DNA from: an uncultured Spirochaetota bacterium
GTDB lineage: Bacteria > Spirochaetota > Brevinematia > Brevinematales > JAOACQ01
Assembly (NCBI GenBank): GCA_963835575.1
Contig: CAWIGG010000002.1
Span: 1,920,001-1,984,000 of the forward strand
DNA: 64,000 nucleotides
Direction: 5' to 3'
The notes under the pieces were generated by a model. That model was not told where the DNA came from. It saw nothing but the letters and a program-made list of their open reading frames with translations, and searched no databases. Each line of letters starts with the position of its first letter. Position 1 is the first letter of the stretch. Below are positions 31,450 to 41,259 of this stretch, piece by piece. Both the position numbers and the translations under genes were made by a program.

Positions 31450-32814
31450 ATGAACAATTTCTTCGACATCCTGGGCCATCCGGATTTTCAGTTTGTGTTT
31501 ATCTTTCTTATTTTTATAACAGGGGCCTCGTTTGTTTTCTATCTCATACTGAAGCAGGTCAATAAAAATCTGTCGCTGTCTGTAATCGAAACGGCGGTCA
31601 AGGAAAAAAACTATAAGCAGGCGCTCGAATCGGCTTTCAGGTATTTAAAGACAAAGCCGGCCAATTATCTTATCTATTATTATATGGGGGCGGCATACGA
31701 GGGCCTTTTTCAATACCATATGGCGATTGAATCCTATGAGAAGTCGCTGGTCCAGGTCAGTGAAACATTCAGGCAGAGTACGGGCGTGGAAATACAGTTG
31801 AAGCTGGCCAATCTCTGCCGTAATATCAAAAAATTCGAGTCGGCTTTCGGTTATTATAAAATGGTGCTGGCAAAACAGCCGAATAATAAGGACGCCCTCT
31901 GGAACATAGCCGGGCTTTATTTTGAGCAGAAGAAATATATTCCCTCGAAGCAGTGCCTGGAAAAGATCGCGGCCCTTCAGCCCAAATTCGGTAAGGCCAG
32001 GCTGATGCTGGCAAAAGTTTATTACCAGCTGGGCGAATACCAGAAATCCCTTAAGGAGCTGAAGAAATTCTTTGAAGTAAACGAGGAAGTGTCCCTGACG
32101 CTCGGCAGCGAAACTTCCCTGCTTTTGGCGGATAACTATATCGCCGTAAAACGGTACAGCGACGCCGTCATGTCATTAAAACCGCAATTGAGGGACAATA
32201 ATGTTTCGGGCATCGTATTGCTGAAGATAGTGACATGCCTGATCAAAGACAATAAATCCGAAGAAGCGATAGCGCTGACGGACGACTACCTCCTCCGTAT
32301 GCCGGCCCAGGAAAGATGCGGCATCCTCTACGCGATCGGACTGGCATACAGGGACACCGGGGAAATTTATAAAGCGCTATTGGTCTGGAAGGCCGCGTAT
32401 GAAATTAATCCGAAATACCTGGATATCAACGATATATTTACCCATTACAGCAAGTTGATAAATAATCCATGGCTTGAGAATTATTATACGACAAATGACG
32501 TTATTTTTGAGAAATACACAAGGAAGAAGCTGAATATTCTTATGCAGGAAAATCTGATAGAAAAGCAGAAAGAGTTCTGGATTTTTAAAAACGGGAACGG
32601 CTGTTCCATCCTTTACAGGCCGCCGGAGATCATGAGCCTGCACACGCTGGAAAGGATCGAGGATTATTTCAACAGGACCGGTTATTCCAATATCTCCATC
32701 GACCTTTATACGCTTTTCGGGGTGGACCTGGACGGAAGGACAAAGAGCCTTTTTTATAAAAAAATAAAGGAATTCTCGGAAAATGATTTTCTGCAGGTAT
32801 TTAGTAAAGATTAG
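31450..32814 (+). CDS. Membrane-anchored tetratricopeptide-repeat protein
   Basis: One N-terminal TM helix followed by multiple TPR-like helical pairs. Confidence 0.85.
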   Translation: MNNFFDILGHPDFQFVFIFLIFITGASFVFYLILKQVNKNLSLSVIETAVKEKNYKQALESAFRYLKTKPANYLIYYYMGAAYEGLFQYHMAIESYEKSLVQVSETFRQSTGVEIQLKLANLCRNIKKFESAFGYYKMVLAKQPNNKDALWNIAGLYFEQKKYIPSKQCLEKIAALQPKFGKARLMLAKVYYQLGEYQKSLKELKKFFEVNEEVSLTLGSETSLLLADNYIAVKRYSDAVMSLKPQLRDNNVSGIVLLKIVTCLIKDNKSEEAIALTDDYLLRMPAQERCGILYAIGLAYRDTGEIYKALLVWKAAYEINPKYLDINDIFTHYSKLINNPWLENYYTTNDVIFEKYTRKKLNILMQENLIEKQKEFWIFKNGNGCSILYRPPEIMSLHTLERIEDYFNRTGYSNISIDLYTLFGVDLDGRTKSLFYKKIKEFSENDFLQVFSKD

Positions 32815-32854
32815 ACCGGCTGAAAAAAAAAGAAAAAGCGGGAGGAAATAGCTT

Positions 32855-33553
32855 ATGCTGAAAAGAAGAATACTCATTGTGGAAGACGAGATCATGATAG
32901 CGAGGGAAATAGAAAAACTGCTCGGGAACCTCGGTTATGAGACGGCTGAAATCGCCGGATCGGGTGTGGAGGCCCTTGAGGAAGTAAAAAAAGGAAATAT
33001 CGACCTGATCCTGATGGATATAGTCATCAAAGGAGAACAGGACGGGATACAGACGGCGCAGATTATACGGAAGGATTTTGATATTCCGGTCATTTTCCTG
33101 ACCGCGTATTTCGATGATAATACACGGGAACGGGCCAAACTGGCGGAACCATTCGGGTATATCATAAAGCCGGTCCAGAAGAGGGAACTGCAGATAGCGA
33201 TTGAAATGGCGTTTTATAAGCATCAGGCGGACACTCTGGTAATAAAAGAAAGGGAATGGCTCTACACCGTCATAGACAGCATCAAGGACGGCCTGATAGC
33301 CGTGGATACCGGCGATAAGATCAAGTTCATCAATACGCAGGCCGCGTCGCTCTGCGGGTACAGCCCGGAAGAAGCGGCCGGGAAAGAAGTGGGAGATATC
33401 CTGAAGATGAAGATAAGCGATTCAAGCGATTCGATAGGAAAAGCGTCGCTGATCCAGAAAAACGGTGAAAAAAAGAGCATATCCTATTTCCTGAAAGACA
33501 CTTTTGATAAAAAAGGAGAACGCATAGGCTCGGTGATATTTTTTAATATTTAA
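32855..33553 (+). CDS. Response regulator with C-terminal PAS domain
   Basis: ILIVEDE, LMDIVIKG..DG, EPFGYIIKP, then SIKDGLIAVD PAS. Confidence 0.9.
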   Translation: MLKRRILIVEDEIMIAREIEKLLGNLGYETAEIAGSGVEALEEVKKGNIDLILMDIVIKGEQDGIQTAQIIRKDFDIPVIFLTAYFDDNTRERAKLAEPFGYIIKPVQKRELQIAIEMAFYKHQADTLVIKEREWLYTVIDSIKDGLIAVDTGDKIKFINTQAASLCGYSPEEAAGKEVGDILKMKISDSSDSIGKASLIQKNGEKKSISYFLKDTFDKKGERIGSVIFFNI

Positions 33554-33568
33554 AACTTTATGAAATAA

Positions 33569-33784
33569 GGGCAGTTCCATCCCTCACCATTTTGTAAGCC
33601 CGCCTTGAAGCAATCCAAAATGGTGAGGGAGGAACTGCCCCGGTTATAGAATCTCTTGTAAATTTAATTGGCGCTACCGTATAGAGTTCGCTGGTTGATG
33701 ATCTTTTCAGACAGCGAACTCGGGCGGTAGCATGAACTCATATAATAGCGGCAGTTCTAAATATTTGAGTTTTTAGAACTGCCC
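33569..33784. mobile_element. Composite ~216-bp MITE (inverted copy)
   Basis: Reverse complement of the 17799 element apart from a few substitutions; flanks ATAA/ATAG. Confidence 0.9.
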
Positions 33785-34059
33785 ATAGTAAATAATTAAT
33801 AATGATGCTTTATAAAAATTTAAAAAGCCTCCTATAAAGAAATATGTGAAAAGGAAAAAGCTCCCTGAGCGTTGTCTGCCGGCTAAAATGCATTTCAAAA
33901 GATGACAGGCTCATTGCATCGCTCATAGAGCGCTCTTTTCACACAGCCTGCGGGCTCACCAATCAAGCCTGTCGAACCATTGCTTCGCACTATAGTAATC
34001 GTCGAAGGATAAAACCAGCCGCTCGCAATGACAGCGGGGCCAGGGTATAAAAGTTATCG

Positions 34060-34096
34060 TTGACTTTACGTATAATCTATGTTATTATTATACGTA
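34060..34096 (+). promoter_or_regulatory. Promoter with palindromic operator for the third TA module
   Basis: TTGACT-17-TATTAT overlapped by the perfect IR TACGTATAAT-10 nt-ATTATACGTA. Confidence 0.75.
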
Positions 34097-34108
34097 CAGG
34101 AGTGAAAT

Positions 34109-34360
34109 ATGGAAACCAAACTCACTTTAAAACTCAACCAGGATGTAATAGAGAATGCCCGGAAATACTCAAAAGCCCACCACAGAAGTTTGTCCGGTTT
34201 AGTCGAAGCATATTTTCGCCGTTTGGGTAATTTGAATAAGGACCTGCCGCCGGTTGAATTGTCGCCGGTAGTGAAGGTTTTGTCCGGAGTACTCAAAGAA
34301 TCAGATATCGAAAACTGGAAAGATGGATACACGGATTGGTTGAAAAAAAAATATGAATAA
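34109..34360 (+). CDS. RHH-type antitoxin (DUF6364-like)
   Basis: METKLTLKLNQDVIENARKY...SLSGLVE; overlaps the PIN gene. Confidence 0.8.
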   Translation: METKLTLKLNQDVIENARKYSKAHHRSLSGLVEAYFRRLGNLNKDLPPVELSPVVKVLSGVLKESDIENWKDGYTDWLKKKYE

Positions 34361-34781
34361 AGAAAAGGTCCTGGTCGATACGGATATTGTCCTGGACCTT
34401 CTTGTCCAGCGCAAACCGTTTTTCGATGCCGCGGCTTCATTATTTTCATTGGCTGATACCGGCAAAATCATGCTTTTCATTACTCCTGTACTTCTTTCAA
34501 ATCTATATTACATTCTTGGCAAAACCTTCGGGAAGGAAAAAGCGGGAAAACTTATTCAGACACTACGGCTGGTGGTATCAATAGCGGGTATTGACCAGGT
34601 AATAGTTGACCGGACGTTGTCTTCAGAATTTAAGGATTTTGAAGACGGGCTCCAGTATTTTGCGGCAGTTCAGGCCGGATGCGGTGTTCTCCTGACGAGA
34701 AATATCAAGGATTATGAAAGTTCGCTGATTGCCGTAATGACCGCGGAAGAATGGCTGTCTTCGAGAAGTGATAATTCTTAG
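34353..34781 (+). CDS. PIN-domain toxin
   Basis: VDTDIVLDLL..R.PF, KDFEDGLQY, LTRNIKDY. Confidence 0.9.
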   Translation: MNKEKVLVDTDIVLDLLVQRKPFFDAAASLFSLADTGKIMLFITPVLLSNLYYILGKTFGKEKAGKLIQTLRLVVSIAGIDQVIVDRTLSSEFKDFEDGLQYFAAVQAGCGVLLTRNIKDYESSLIAVMTAEEWLSSRSDNS

Positions 34782-34929
34782 AGTTCAATCCTTGTTTTCT
34801 TATTCTTCTCAGCGTGCAAATAATTACGTTTAGTTAAGTGGTTCCATCCTTGATATAATATTTATTCCTAATCCTGCGTTCTCCCCCAATGTAATACAAA
34901 TTAATTTGCAACTAATTAAAAAATTTCTA

Positions 34930-34958
34930 TTGCCTATTATTCAATCGGGGGGTACAAT
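34930..34958 (+). promoter_or_regulatory. Putative sigma70 promoter of the lipase-glycerol operon
   Basis: TTGCCT-17-TACAAT. Confidence 0.5.
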
Positions 34959-35036
34959 ATCTCTGAACAATAAATCTTTATGATTGTCCTTATCTAAATA
35001 TTGAGCCGATGACAAATATTTAAAAGGGAGGTCATT

Positions 35037-35780
35037 ATGAAAATCCAGAAAGGCTGGGAACCGTTTTCATTTGTGAAAAGGTCCAGGGTCGGAATACTCC
35101 TATCGCAGGGTTTTACGGGGAGCACTTCCAGCGTCATCTATCTCGGGAAAAAGCTCGCCGGAGCGGGCTATAATGTCGAAGGGCCTCGGCTTGCAGGCCA
35201 TGGAACAAGATGGCAGGACCTGATCGGCGTCGGCTACGAAGAATGGATCGATGATGTTGAAAAGGCGTATCAGAAGCTGAAAAAGCGGTGTAAAATCATC
35301 TTTACCGCCGGGCTTTCCATGGGCGGCACGCTCGCCCTGCGCCTGGCTGAACTCCATCCGGAGATCAAGGGCGTGATCACTGTAAATCATGCGCTGATCC
35401 TCGATACCCCCCTGTCCCCGATCCTGCCTGTTTTAAAACACATCGTCAAAGATTATCCGGCCATCTCTTCAGATATTAAAGACCCTAAAGAAAAGGAAAT
35501 ATCTTATGACCGGACGCCTCTCTACGGAGTTCATGAGCTCAAGAAGCTGATGAAGGAAACAAGGGAAAATCTTGATTTGATCAGCCAGCCCGTCCTCTTA
35601 TTCAAATCGAAAGAGGACCATGTCCTCTCTATAAAAAACACCGTTTATGCCTATGAAAACATTCCTTCAAAGGAAAAAAAGCTGGTCTGGCTGAATAATT
35701 CCTACCATGTCGCGACAATGGACTTTGACAAGGACATCATCGTCAGGGAAACCCTGAAGTTTATAAAAAAACATGTTTAA
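35037..35780 (+). CDS. Carboxylesterase / monoacylglycerol lipase-like hydrolase
   Basis: GFTGS, PRLAGHGT, GLSMGG, EDHV, NSYHVAT. Confidence 0.88.
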   Translation: MKIQKGWEPFSFVKRSRVGILLSQGFTGSTSSVIYLGKKLAGAGYNVEGPRLAGHGTRWQDLIGVGYEEWIDDVEKAYQKLKKRCKIIFTAGLSMGGTLALRLAELHPEIKGVITVNHALILDTPLSPILPVLKHIVKDYPAISSDIKDPKEKEISYDRTPLYGVHELKKLMKETRENLDLISQPVLLFKSKEDHVLSIKNTVYAYENIPSKEKKLVWLNNSYHVATMDFDKDIIVRETLKFIKKHV

Positions 35781-35792
35781 CGGAGCGGCCTT

Positions 35793-37292
35793 ATGGAGAA
35801 GAAATACATCGGCGCTATAGACCAGGGAACAACCAGCACACGCTTCGTGCTTTTCGACAGGAACGGACATATTCAGGCGTCCAGCCAGCTGGAACATAAA
35901 CAGATCTATCCGGAGCCCGGCCGTGTGGAGCACAACGCGCTGGAGATCTGGGAAAAAGCCTGCGAGGCCGTTAAAAATACAATGAGCAAAAGCGGTATCA
36001 CCGCCGGCGAGATAGCGGCCGTCGGCATTACCAACCAGAGGGAAACAACCGTCATCTGGGACAAAAACACGGGAAAGCCTTTTTATAACGCCATCGTCTG
36101 GCAGGACACCCGCACAGCGGAAATCTGCGAAAAGCTCGGCGGAAAGGCCGGGCAGGACCGCTTTAAGGACAGGACAGGCCTGCCGCTCGCCACATATTTT
36201 TCAGGCCCGAAAATCCGCTGGATACTGGATAATGTTCCCGAAGCCCGGCAGGCAGTAAAGGAAGGCCGAGCCCTCTTCGGCACGATGGACGCATGGCTGA
36301 TCTGGAAGCTGACGGGGAAGCACATCACCGATGTGTCGAACGCGAGCCGGACGCTCCTCTTTAATATTGAAAAAGTAGCCTGGGATAAAGATATCCTCAA
36401 GATCATGGATATACCCGGCTCCATTCTTCCCGAAGTCCGTCCGTCGAGCGATCCGGATGTGTACGGCTATACCGATCCGTCCGGCCCTTTCGGCGGTAAA
36501 ATTCCCCTCACCGGCTGTCTGGGCGATCAGCAGGCGGCCCTTTTCGGTCAAACCTGTTACTCTCCGGGAGAGGCAAAGAATACCTACGGGACGGGATGTT
36601 TTCTTCTTCTCAATACCGGCGAGAAGCCTATTCTTTCAAAATACGGCCTCTTGACAACCATCGGATATAAAATCGGGAAAAACAAGCCGGTCTATGCGCT
36701 GGAAGGGTCCGTCGCAATAGCCGGCTCGCTCGTACAGTGGGCACGCGACAAACTTAATATAATAAGCTCCGCGCCGGAAATAGACACACTGGCGGGAAGC
36801 GTTCCGGACAACGGCGGCGTTTATTATGTTCCGGCGTTTTCCGGATTGTTCGCCCCGCGCTGGCGGACCGACGCTCGGGGCCTTATCATCGGACTGACCC
36901 ATTACGCCGGAAAAGGCCAGCTGGCGCGCGCCATCCTCGAAGCCACAGCTTACCAGACGCGCGAGGTTTTCGAGGCCATGGAAAAGGACTCGGGGATAAA
37001 GCTGAAAAGCCTTAAAGTGGACGGGGGAATGACCGCCAGCGAGCTCCTGATGCAGTTCCAGGCGGATATATTGAACATACCTGTATTGAGACCTGCTGTT
37101 ACGGAAACAACTGTACTCGGAGCGGCTTATGCCGCGGGACTGGCAGTCGGGTTCTGGAAGGACCTGGACAACCTCCGTAAAAACTGGGAAGTCAATAAGG
37201 AATGGAAGCCCGGAATGGATGAGGCAGAAAGACAGAGGCTTTATCACTTCTGGCTCAAAGCCGTGGAAAGGACTTTAAACTGGGTGGAATGA
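35793..37292 (+). CDS. glpK: Glycerol kinase
   Basis: IDQGTTSTR, GITNQRET, TDVSNASRT, GDQQAALFGQ, KNTYGTG, VDGG. Confidence 0.98.
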   Translation: MEKKYIGAIDQGTTSTRFVLFDRNGHIQASSQLEHKQIYPEPGRVEHNALEIWEKACEAVKNTMSKSGITAGEIAAVGITNQRETTVIWDKNTGKPFYNAIVWQDTRTAEICEKLGGKAGQDRFKDRTGLPLATYFSGPKIRWILDNVPEARQAVKEGRALFGTMDAWLIWKLTGKHITDVSNASRTLLFNIEKVAWDKDILKIMDIPGSILPEVRPSSDPDVYGYTDPSGPFGGKIPLTGCLGDQQAALFGQTCYSPGEAKNTYGTGCFLLLNTGEKPILSKYGLLTTIGYKIGKNKPVYALEGSVAIAGSLVQWARDKLNIISSAPEIDTLAGSVPDNGGVYYVPAFSGLFAPRWRTDARGLIIGLTHYAGKGQLARAILEATAYQTREVFEAMEKDSGIKLKSLKVDGGMTASELLMQFQADILNIPVLRPAVTETTVLGAAYAAGLAVGFWKDLDNLRKNWEVNKEWKPGMDEAERQRLYHFWLKAVERTLNWVE

Positions 37293-37309
37293 TGTTTTGG
37301 TTTTACGGA

Positions 37310-37545
37310 TAATCCGCTAATGCACGCGAATAAACGCGAAGTGAGGCCGGGAACGGAAAACCACGAATAACACGAATTAGCACAAATAGGTTAATAAAAT
37401 CACTAATTATCCTCAAGGAGGACCGGGTAATCCGCTAATACACGCGAATTGACAAATAGAATAACTTATAAAGAAAATATTTTTACTTGGCGTGTCTTCG
37501 CGTGGCTTAGCGGAAGATCAAACTTGAGTAATCCGCTAATATACG
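37310..37545 (+). repeat. Cluster of family B element ends
   Basis: TAATCCGCTAAT left ends at ~37310, ~37428 and ~37529; one right end CGTGTCTTCGCGTGGCTTAGCGGAAG ending at 37516. Confidence 0.85.
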
Positions 37546-37603
37546 ATAAGGGGTTAAGATTATTGAAATTGATTCACGGGAGAAAATCCAATAAGGATCA
37601 ATT

Positions 37604-39052
37604 ATGATCGATAAAGCATACGACTTCATCATCATCGGCGGCGGCATCGCGGGCGTCATGACAGCCAGGGAATTGTCACGCTATAACTGCGGCGTCCTGC
37701 TGATTGAAAAGGAACCGGACATCGGCATGGGCGCCAGCTCGGCAAACAGCGCCATCATCCACTCCGGTTATGACCCTAAGCCCGGCACGCTTAAGGCCGA
37801 TATGAACGTTCAGGGCAATAAGCTCTGGGACCAGCTTTCGGCTGAGCTGGATATACCTTTTAAAAGGACCGGCAGTTATGTCGTTTCCATCGGAGCGCAG
37901 GAATTCAATGAACTGGACAGGCTGTACCAGAAGGGGATCACGAACGGCGTACCTGGCCTCCGCATCCTGCAAAAGCATGAATTCCTCACAAAAGAACCCC
38001 TGATCAATCCGGAAGCCACGGGCGCCCTTTACGCGCCTTCCGCCGGCGTGATCGACCCATTCCGGTCAGTAACGGCGGCGGCTGAAAACGCTGTTCTGAA
38101 CGGCGTTCTTCTTCTCACAGAAACATGCTTTGAGGATTTTATAATAGAAAATAAAGTCGTAATCGGAATTAAAACAAACCGGGGCGGATTTCTAAGCCGC
38201 TGGGTTATTAACTGCGCGGGAGCATTTTCAGATGAGATCATGCACAAAGCCGGCGTCAGGACGGATTATCACATTACCCCCCGCCGTGGGGAATACCTCA
38301 TATTCGACGCGGAGAAAATCAGCCTCAACAATGTTCTTTTTCCGGTACCCTCGGAGAAAAGCAAGGGAACGCTGGTATCGACCACAACGCACGGCAACGT
38401 CATGATCGGCCCGAACGCTCATGAGGCGGAAGAGAAAGATGATACGGCGACAACGGCCGAAGGCTTTAATGAAGTGATAGAAAACGCGAAAAAGCTCGTG
38501 CCCTCCATAAACCCGGCGGACGTCATAGCGGAATTCGCCGGCATACGGGCCACCGGCAGTAATAAGGATTTTATCATTGAGATTCCGGATGAAGTAAAAG
38601 GCCTTGTCAATCTGACAGGGATCGATTCGCCGGGGCTGGCGAGCGCGCCGGCGATAGCATGCAGAGTTGTCGAACTTCTCCGGGAAAAGGGCGAAAAATT
38701 TACCGGCAGAAAGAAGTTCAATCCTGTCCGGAAGGCCCCGCCCTGTTTTCATAAGCTTTCGCACCGGGAGAAAGCGGAGCTTGTGATGAATAATCCCGCT
38801 TACGGCAGGATCGTCTGCCGGTGCGAGGAGATCACAGAAGGAGAGGTAATCGACGCCATCCGTTCGCCCGTGCCGGCCCGGACTTATGACGGAATAAAAA
38901 GGCGGACATGGCTCGGGACGGGGCGCTGCCAGGGCAGCTTCGATTATCCCCGGGTGATCGGGATTTTAGCGCATGAGCTCGGCATCCCCGCGGCTGAAGT
39001 CACAAAGAAGAGAAAAGGTTCGGAATTCATTTTCCGGCACACGAAGGATTAA
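37604..39052 (+). CDS. FAD-dependent glycerol-3-phosphate dehydrogenase-like subunit with C-terminal BFD-like [2Fe-2S] domain
   Basis: GGGIAG, ANSAIIHSGYD, IVCRCEEITEGE...KRRT..G.GRCQG; follows glpK. Confidence 0.88.
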   Translation: MIDKAYDFIIIGGGIAGVMTARELSRYNCGVLLIEKEPDIGMGASSANSAIIHSGYDPKPGTLKADMNVQGNKLWDQLSAELDIPFKRTGSYVVSIGAQEFNELDRLYQKGITNGVPGLRILQKHEFLTKEPLINPEATGALYAPSAGVIDPFRSVTAAAENAVLNGVLLLTETCFEDFIIENKVVIGIKTNRGGFLSRWVINCAGAFSDEIMHKAGVRTDYHITPRRGEYLIFDAEKISLNNVLFPVPSEKSKGTLVSTTTHGNVMIGPNAHEAEEKDDTATTAEGFNEVIENAKKLVPSINPADVIAEFAGIRATGSNKDFIIEIPDEVKGLVNLTGIDSPGLASAPAIACRVVELLREKGEKFTGRKKFNPVRKAPPCFHKLSHREKAELVMNNPAYGRIVCRCEEITEGEVIDAIRSPVPARTYDGIKRRTWLGTGRCQGSFDYPRVIGILAHELGIPAAEVTKKRKGSEFIFRHTKD

Positions 39053-39067
39053 AACAAAACTACGGAG

Positions 39068-39223
39068 GGTAATCCGCTAATGCACGCGAATGAACGCGAA
39101 GGAAAACTGGGAACGGAAAATTACAAATAACATAAATTAACTCGAATAAATTGGGATTGTGGATGACCTCAAAGGTTTTTAAGCAAATTTAACTTAGCGT
39201 GTCTTCGCGTGGCTTAGCGGAAG
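39068..39223 (+). repeat. Family B element
   Basis: GGGTAATCCGCTAATGCACGCGAATGAACGCGAA ... TTAGCGTGTCTTCGCGTGGCTTAGCGGAAG. Confidence 0.88.
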
Positions 39224-39280
39224 ACCGGATAAACCGCACGAAGAGGGAGTGAGAATAAAAAAGTAAAGTCAGGGGAAGTT

Positions 39281-40567
39281 ATGAAAGACATTTACGATGT
39301 GATCGTTATCGGCGCGGGACCGGCGGGAATGGCCGCAGCGCTGGAAGCGAAGAAAAACGGCGCCCGGGATATTATTATTATCGAAAGAAATAAAGAACCC
39401 GGCGGGATACTGCCCCAGTGCATTCATAACGGCTTCGGTTCAGTCCTTTTTAAAGAAGACCTGCCGGGCCCCGCTTACGCTTACCGGTTTATTGAGGAAG
39501 TCTATAAAAGCGGAATTGAAATTTTAACAGACACATCCGTTCTTGATTTGACCTCTTCGCGGAAGATTTACGCGAACAACACAAATCAGGGCTACATTGA
39601 ACTGAGCGGCAGGGCCGTTGTCCTCGCCATGGGCTGCCGTGAAAGAACAAGAGCGCAGATCCGGATACCGGGCGGGCGGCCGGCCGGCGTTTTTACCGCG
39701 GGCACCGTCCAGAGAATGGTCAATATCGAAAATATGATGCCGGGCAGCCGCTTTGTCATCCTGGGCTCGGGCGATATCGGCATGATCATGGCCAGAAGGC
39801 TGACTTTCGAGGGCGCGCATGTCAAGCGCGTTGTGGAAGCGATGCCTTTCCTGACCGGTCTCAGGCGAAATTACGTTCAGTGCCTTCAGGACTTTGATAT
39901 CAAGCTTGACCTGAGCACTACCATCAATAAAATAATCGGCCGCGACCGCGTGGAAGCGGTACAGACTGTAAAAGTGGACCCGTCGCTCAAGCCGCTGCCG
40001 GGTACGGAGGAAATGATTGAGTGCGACAGCATCCTGATGTCCGTCGGTCTTATTCCTGAAAATGAGCTGTCCAGAAAGGCCGGCGTGGAGATGGACCCGC
40101 TGACGAACGGCCCTCGCGTGGATGAAGTAATGGCGACGAATATCGAGGGAATTTACGCCGCCGGCAATGTTGTGACGATTTATGACGTGGCGGATTATGT
40201 CAGCCTTGCCGGCTATACTGCCGGAAGAAACGCGGCCCTCTTCGCGGCAGTCCCGAAAAGCGCATTAAAAATTCCTTCTCAGATATTAAATGTTAAGGCC
40301 GGGAAGAATGTCAGGAGCGTTATACCGCAGAAGCTCAATCCGGGTAATATCAGGGACAGCGGTTTTATTCTGGAACTTCGCGCCGGCCGGCCCATAGAAA
40401 AAAAGGTTTTAGTTGAGATTTCCGGCGGAAATAGGTCAATAAAATCCTACAGGGAAAATTACGCCAGGCCGGCCGAGATGATCACGATCAATGTCAGGCC
40501 TGGAGAGTGGGACAAAATAAGCCCGGAGGATTCGGAATTATTGGTCAATATAAAAGAAATGGCTTGA
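39281..40567 (+). CDS. NAD(P)/FAD-dependent oxidoreductase (partner subunit of the G3P dehydrogenase)
   Basis: GAGPAG, GGILPQCIHNGFG, LAMGCRERTR, GSGDIG. Confidence 0.9.
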   Translation: MKDIYDVIVIGAGPAGMAAALEAKKNGARDIIIIERNKEPGGILPQCIHNGFGSVLFKEDLPGPAYAYRFIEEVYKSGIEILTDTSVLDLTSSRKIYANNTNQGYIELSGRAVVLAMGCRERTRAQIRIPGGRPAGVFTAGTVQRMVNIENMMPGSRFVILGSGDIGMIMARRLTFEGAHVKRVVEAMPFLTGLRRNYVQCLQDFDIKLDLSTTINKIIGRDRVEAVQTVKVDPSLKPLPGTEEMIECDSILMSVGLIPENELSRKAGVEMDPLTNGPRVDEVMATNIEGIYAAGNVVTIYDVADYVSLAGYTAGRNAALFAAVPKSALKIPSQILNVKAGKNVRSVIPQKLNPGNIRDSGFILELRAGRPIEKKVLVEISGGNRSIKSYRENYARPAEMITINVRPGEWDKISPEDSELLVNIKEMA

Positions 40568-40607
40568 AACTGGAACTACAAAGCGGTTGATTCGACAGGG
40601 AGACTAA

Positions 40608-40843
40608 TTTCACAGGAAGACACGAAGGCAGGAAGAGTATAAATAAAAGGTTTATAACAGATTGTTGCTTTATATATAAAAAACACATTTCAATATTTAA
40701 GAAATCCGGAAATAGATTTGGAGGGAATAATATCAAATTATATAACAATCTCCAATGGTTTAATTTAATATTTAATGTTAAGAGGCGTGATAATGGAATT
40801 GAAGGAGAATACGCTCTTCCCGTCTTCGCGTCTTCCTGTGAAA
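40608..40843. repeat. Three-unit terminal IR element (different sequence type)
   Basis: TTTCACAGGAAGACACGAAGGCAGGAAGAG ... CTCTTCCCGTCTTCGCGTCTTCCTGTGAAA around an AT-rich interior. Confidence 0.8.
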
Positions 40844-40878
40844 AATAATCCTCGCAAGACCTGGTTAAGGAAAATAAA

Positions 40879-41259
40879 ATGGCTGAAAACATTACAAAAA
40901 AATTGATATGCATCCGCTGTCCGAGAGGGTGCGAGATACAGACTTCGCTGGACGGCTACGGTTCCATTGTGTCCATAGAAGGCAATTTCTGCAAACTCGG
41001 CATTGATTACGCCAATAATGAAATAAAGGACCCGCGAAGGACCGTCACAACGACCGTCCGGGTAAAAAACGGCGTTTATCCGCTGGTGAGCGTCTGGACA
41101 ACAAATCCCATCCCGAAGGATAGAATCATGGACCTTCTGGTATTATTAAAAAAAATAGAGCTGGAAGCGCCGGTTGAATTGAGCCGGATTGTGTTAAAAA
41201 ATATATTCGGCCTGGGCATTGATGTTGTGACAAGCGGGAAAACCGAGAGGCTTGCATAA
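40879..41259 (+). CDS. DUF1667-like CxxC small protein
   Basis: CIRCPRGC...GNFC..G..YA..E...P.R..TTTV; usual third gene of this oxidoreductase trio. Confidence 0.85.
   Translation: MAENITKKLICIRCPRGCEIQTSLDGYGSIVSIEGNFCKLGIDYANNEIKDPRRTVTTTVRVKNGVYPLVSVWTTNPIPKDRIMDLLVLLKKIELEAPVELSRIVLKNIFGLGIDVVTSGKTERLA

Noticed and set aside
40545..40913. 122-aa minus-strand ORF in the glycerol operon gap
   Set aside because: It spans the inverted-repeat element and overlaps both flanking genes in antisense; no family features.
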